64,000 nucleotides of DNA, taken from the human T2T-CHM13v2.0 reference genome, Homo sapiens. Location of the stretch: assembly GCF_009914755.1 (NCBI RefSeq), contig NC_060932.1; one strand, 5' to 3'. Shown piece by piece: positions 60,468 through 64,000 of the stretch (within the stretch, counting starts at the first letter, position 1; each line of letters begins with the position of its first letter). The position numbers were made by a program, and so were the translations under genes. The notes below the pieces were generated by a model that was not told where the DNA came from, made no database searches, and was given only the letters and a program-made list of their open reading frames with translations.

Positions 60468-61516
60468 AAATGGAACCTAATTAAACTAAAGAGCACAGCA
60501 AATGAAACTATCCACAAAATAAACAACCTACAGAATGGCAGAAAGTATTTGCAAACTATAAATCTGACAAAAGTCTAATATCCACATTCTATAAGGAATG
60601 TAAATAATTGAAGATGCAAAAAACGACCCCATTCAAAAATTAGCAAAAGACGTGGACAGACTCTTCTCAATAGAAGACATATAAGCAGCCAACACACAAA
60701 TGAAAAAAGGTTCAACATTGCTAGCATCAAATAAATGCAAATCAAAACCCCAATAAGAAACCATCTCACACCACTCAGAATGGCTATTACTAAAAAGTCA
60801 GAAAACAACAGACACTGGTGAGGCTGCAGAAAAAATGGGAATGCTTATCCTGTTGATAGGAATGTAAATTAGTTCAGCCACTGTGGAAAGCAGTTTGGAG
60901 ATTTCTCAAAGAATTGAAAAGAGAACTACCATTAAACTTAGCAATCTCATTACTGGGTACATATCCAAGATAAAATGAATCATTCTATCAAAAAGACACA
61001 TGCACTTGTGTGTTCATCACAGCACTATTAACAATAGCAAAGCCATAGAACGAACCTAGGTGCCTATGAATGGTGGATTGGATAAAGAAAATGTAGCACA
61101 TATACACCATGCAATACCACCTACCCATAAAAAAAGAATAAAATCATGTTTTTTTTGCAGCAACATGGATGCAGCTGGAGGCCATTATCCTAAGTGAATT
61201 AACGAAGGAACGGAAAACCAAGAAAGGCATGTTCTCACTTATAAGTGGGAGCTAAGCATTGAGTACTCAAGGACATAAAGATGGCAAAAGTACACCCTGG
61301 GGACTACTAGAGAGGGGAGGGAGTGAGGGGGGCAAGGGTTGAAAAACTAATTGTTGGGCACTACACTCACCACCTGGGTAATGGGATCATTTGTATCTCA
61401 AACCTCTGCATCACGAAATATACCCATGTAGCAAACCTGTGCATGTACTCCCTGAATCTAAAATAAAAGCTGAAATTATAAAATAAAAATAGAACAATCG
61501 ATAAAAAAAGAAAAAA
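60468..61516 (+). mobile_element. 5'-truncated L1PA16-like element
   Basis: 3'UTR ggacataaagatggcaa...ccctgaatctaaaataaaagctgaaatt; degenerate TSD ending TATATGAA on both sides. Confidence 0.85.
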
Positions 61517-61864
61517 CTATATGAATCCATTTTGTATGCTTCAAAATATTTTTGGAGTATAAGAAACCATTGCTGTTGCTTTCATTGAGACTCAAGCTCT
61601 AGTGTGCTTACTCCCTTTTAATTTGATTAAACAATCCGGCTTTGTGTGTTCTTGGATAAATTGCCCTGCCTCTCCCTACAACGACAGAGAATAATCAAAA
61701 TAGATAACCCTTCCAGTTTCCTTGTACAGGTATAGCCAAGAAAACCTTTGGAGCCTGAAGGGAGCTTAGGCTGGGTTGGGTCTCAAATGATTTTTAAGCC
61801 TGAGATGAATAATTTTCTACCACCCAGATCCTGCCTTTTGAATGACTGGATGGAAGGTGGTTTT

Positions 61865-61948
61865 ATCTCAGAAATAACCACTAAAGAACATATTCATGTA
61901 CCCAAACACCACCTGCTCCATAAAAACCTATTGAAATAAAAAATAAAT
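61865..61948 (+). mobile_element. Very short L1PB 3'-terminal stub
   Basis: tctcagaaataaccactaaagaac...aaacctattgaaataaaaaataaa. Confidence 0.75.
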
Positions 61949-62759
61949 CTTTAACAAATGTAGAAATGTATTATAGGGACTACAAGAGAATTAAATATCA
62001 TCCTGGACTGAATGGGGCTCCTTATCAGAATCCTGGCCTTAAAGAATCTTGCTTTCTTCAGTTTCTGAGAAAGGAGAGGTCGGGAAAGTCTAGGTCCTGG
62101 TACAAAAAGGTGCCTTTGGAGGAAATGCAAATCTCATACCAGCCATGCCAAGAATACTACTTGCTCACACATTTCAAACACGGTTTTTGGACCACCCAGA
62201 GAAAGTATTGAAAAATTTTTATAAAGAGCATGAGAAGTCTCTCACATTCTCTCCTTTCTCAAAAGAGAATGATGCTAATCTCTAACGTGTAACTGCAAAC
62301 GTCTTTGCGAGACTACATTAAAGAGATCAAATGTGAGCGTGAGCACGAAGACTAAAAGAGAGAGAACACATTGCTTTCCTCACAGCATTGAACAGTTCAC
62401 ACACTGTCTTCTTTTCCCCTTTCAAGCTTTTAAAATCTCAACTTCTCTGTTCTATTTCTACCACTGCACATAGTAGCTGGTCCATGAAGCTCCCATTTGA
62501 CGTCCTACATTTGTGCTATAGAAATGGCATGCATTTTTCAAAACAATAATGACTTTGTAAGAAACATTTAGTAATCAAAGGGAAAAGTCTTTATAGAAGA
62601 TCCCTTATTTTAAGAATTACCCCTTTAGGGGTTTAACCAAATGTTAGAATATTCTATCTTGAATTCCTGCATATATATTCAGAAGGCAGTTGAAAGGTGT
62701 TCTTCTAGGTTTGAAAACCAGCAAGTGAGAATGCTGGCAGAGACAAAGAGTAATTCTTA

Positions 62760-63290
62760 ACTGATATTTATAGCCTTCACTTATAGAGATTTACAAAGAA
62801 CTTTCAACTACACATTCATATTTGCTATCATAGTATCTCTGTGAGAAATAAGCTGTTATTATGACTTAATAAATAAGGACTCCAGTGGTACAGCGAGATA
62901 GGTTTGTCCAAGTCCGTTAACTACTACAGGGTAAGCCACTGAACTGAACTCACTTCTGACTCAAAGTTCCTTCATGTATGCACTTAAATTTGATTAGCAT
63001 TTGTTATTTATTATTATTTACTGGATGCTCTAGGACTCAGTCCTGGAAATAAAAACAGCACATACTAGCTGGTGGTTTTGATTGCTCTCCAAGAACCAGA
63101 CATTCTGTTAAGTGTCTTGCACACGTTATCTCATTCTGGATTGAGTTATGAGACATGATTTTACCCATTTTTATTAATGAAGCAGCCATGGTGAGAATTT
63201 AAAACTGTGGACAAAGTAGCGTTTAAAACTGGCTAAGCCTGGATGTTAATTTGCTTCGGCCCAGTTTTGAAATGCATGCTTCTGCCACTG
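62760..63290 (-). mobile_element. MIR fragments
   Basis: Degenerate MIR motifs (ctgatatttatagcc, tttacccatttttattaatgaagcagcc). Confidence 0.5.
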
Positions 63291-63657
63291 TGACATAGCC
63301 CCTGCCTGAAGAAGCCCTTCAGTGGGAGAGAGAGCTGCATAGATACAGAATTAGAGAATTGTGTGCTAGGGGCTATCAGAATGATGACCAATAGGCTTTG
63401 GAGTAAGTCTCTATCTATGCCCGGGATTTTGATCTGCATATATATTTTTTAAAAAATAGAACAAAGAACTTAGAACTTGAATCCAGACTCTCTGCTTCTC
63501 TCATGAGTCTTTAAAGAAAGGAGTCAAACATTCTTTGTGTTGTGGTTTCTTGCCCATAGACTACCCATGTGATTTTTAACATGGTGTCTGCTTTTAAAAG
63601 CTGTTTTCTTTCTAAGCATCTGAGCACAATGAATTGCTCATAAGAAAGGCTGGTTGA

Positions 63658-64000
<343 letters not shown>

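Overview
This window is primate, most likely human, non-coding genomic DNA (intergenic or deep intronic) and is dominated by transposable-element fossils. I recognise no host protein-coding gene, RNA gene or CRISPR array. The long ORFs in the track come from L1, THE1-internal sequence, Alu or simple repeats. The main contents are: two complete THE1 (MaLR) proviruses and several solo LTRs; ten Alus; Tigger3, MER2, MER6 and other DNA-transposon relics; a ~6.0 kb full-length minus-strand L1PA3 with open ORF1 and disrupted ORF2; several 5'-inverted (twin-primed) L1 insertions; a 38-bp x 11 minisatellite; and a TTCCTTGA(TA)n compound array. The most unusual structure is the L1 at 30795-37307. One target-site duplication (TSD) encloses a full-length L1 plus an extra sense L1 3' fragment and an inverted L1 fragment beyond its 5' end, which points to an L1-in-L1 co-mobilisation or a nested insertion followed by recombination. 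I found no convincing novel biological system. Subfamily names come from recalled diagnostic motifs, not a database search, and boundaries of old elements (L2, MIR, L1M, MLT) are approximate.
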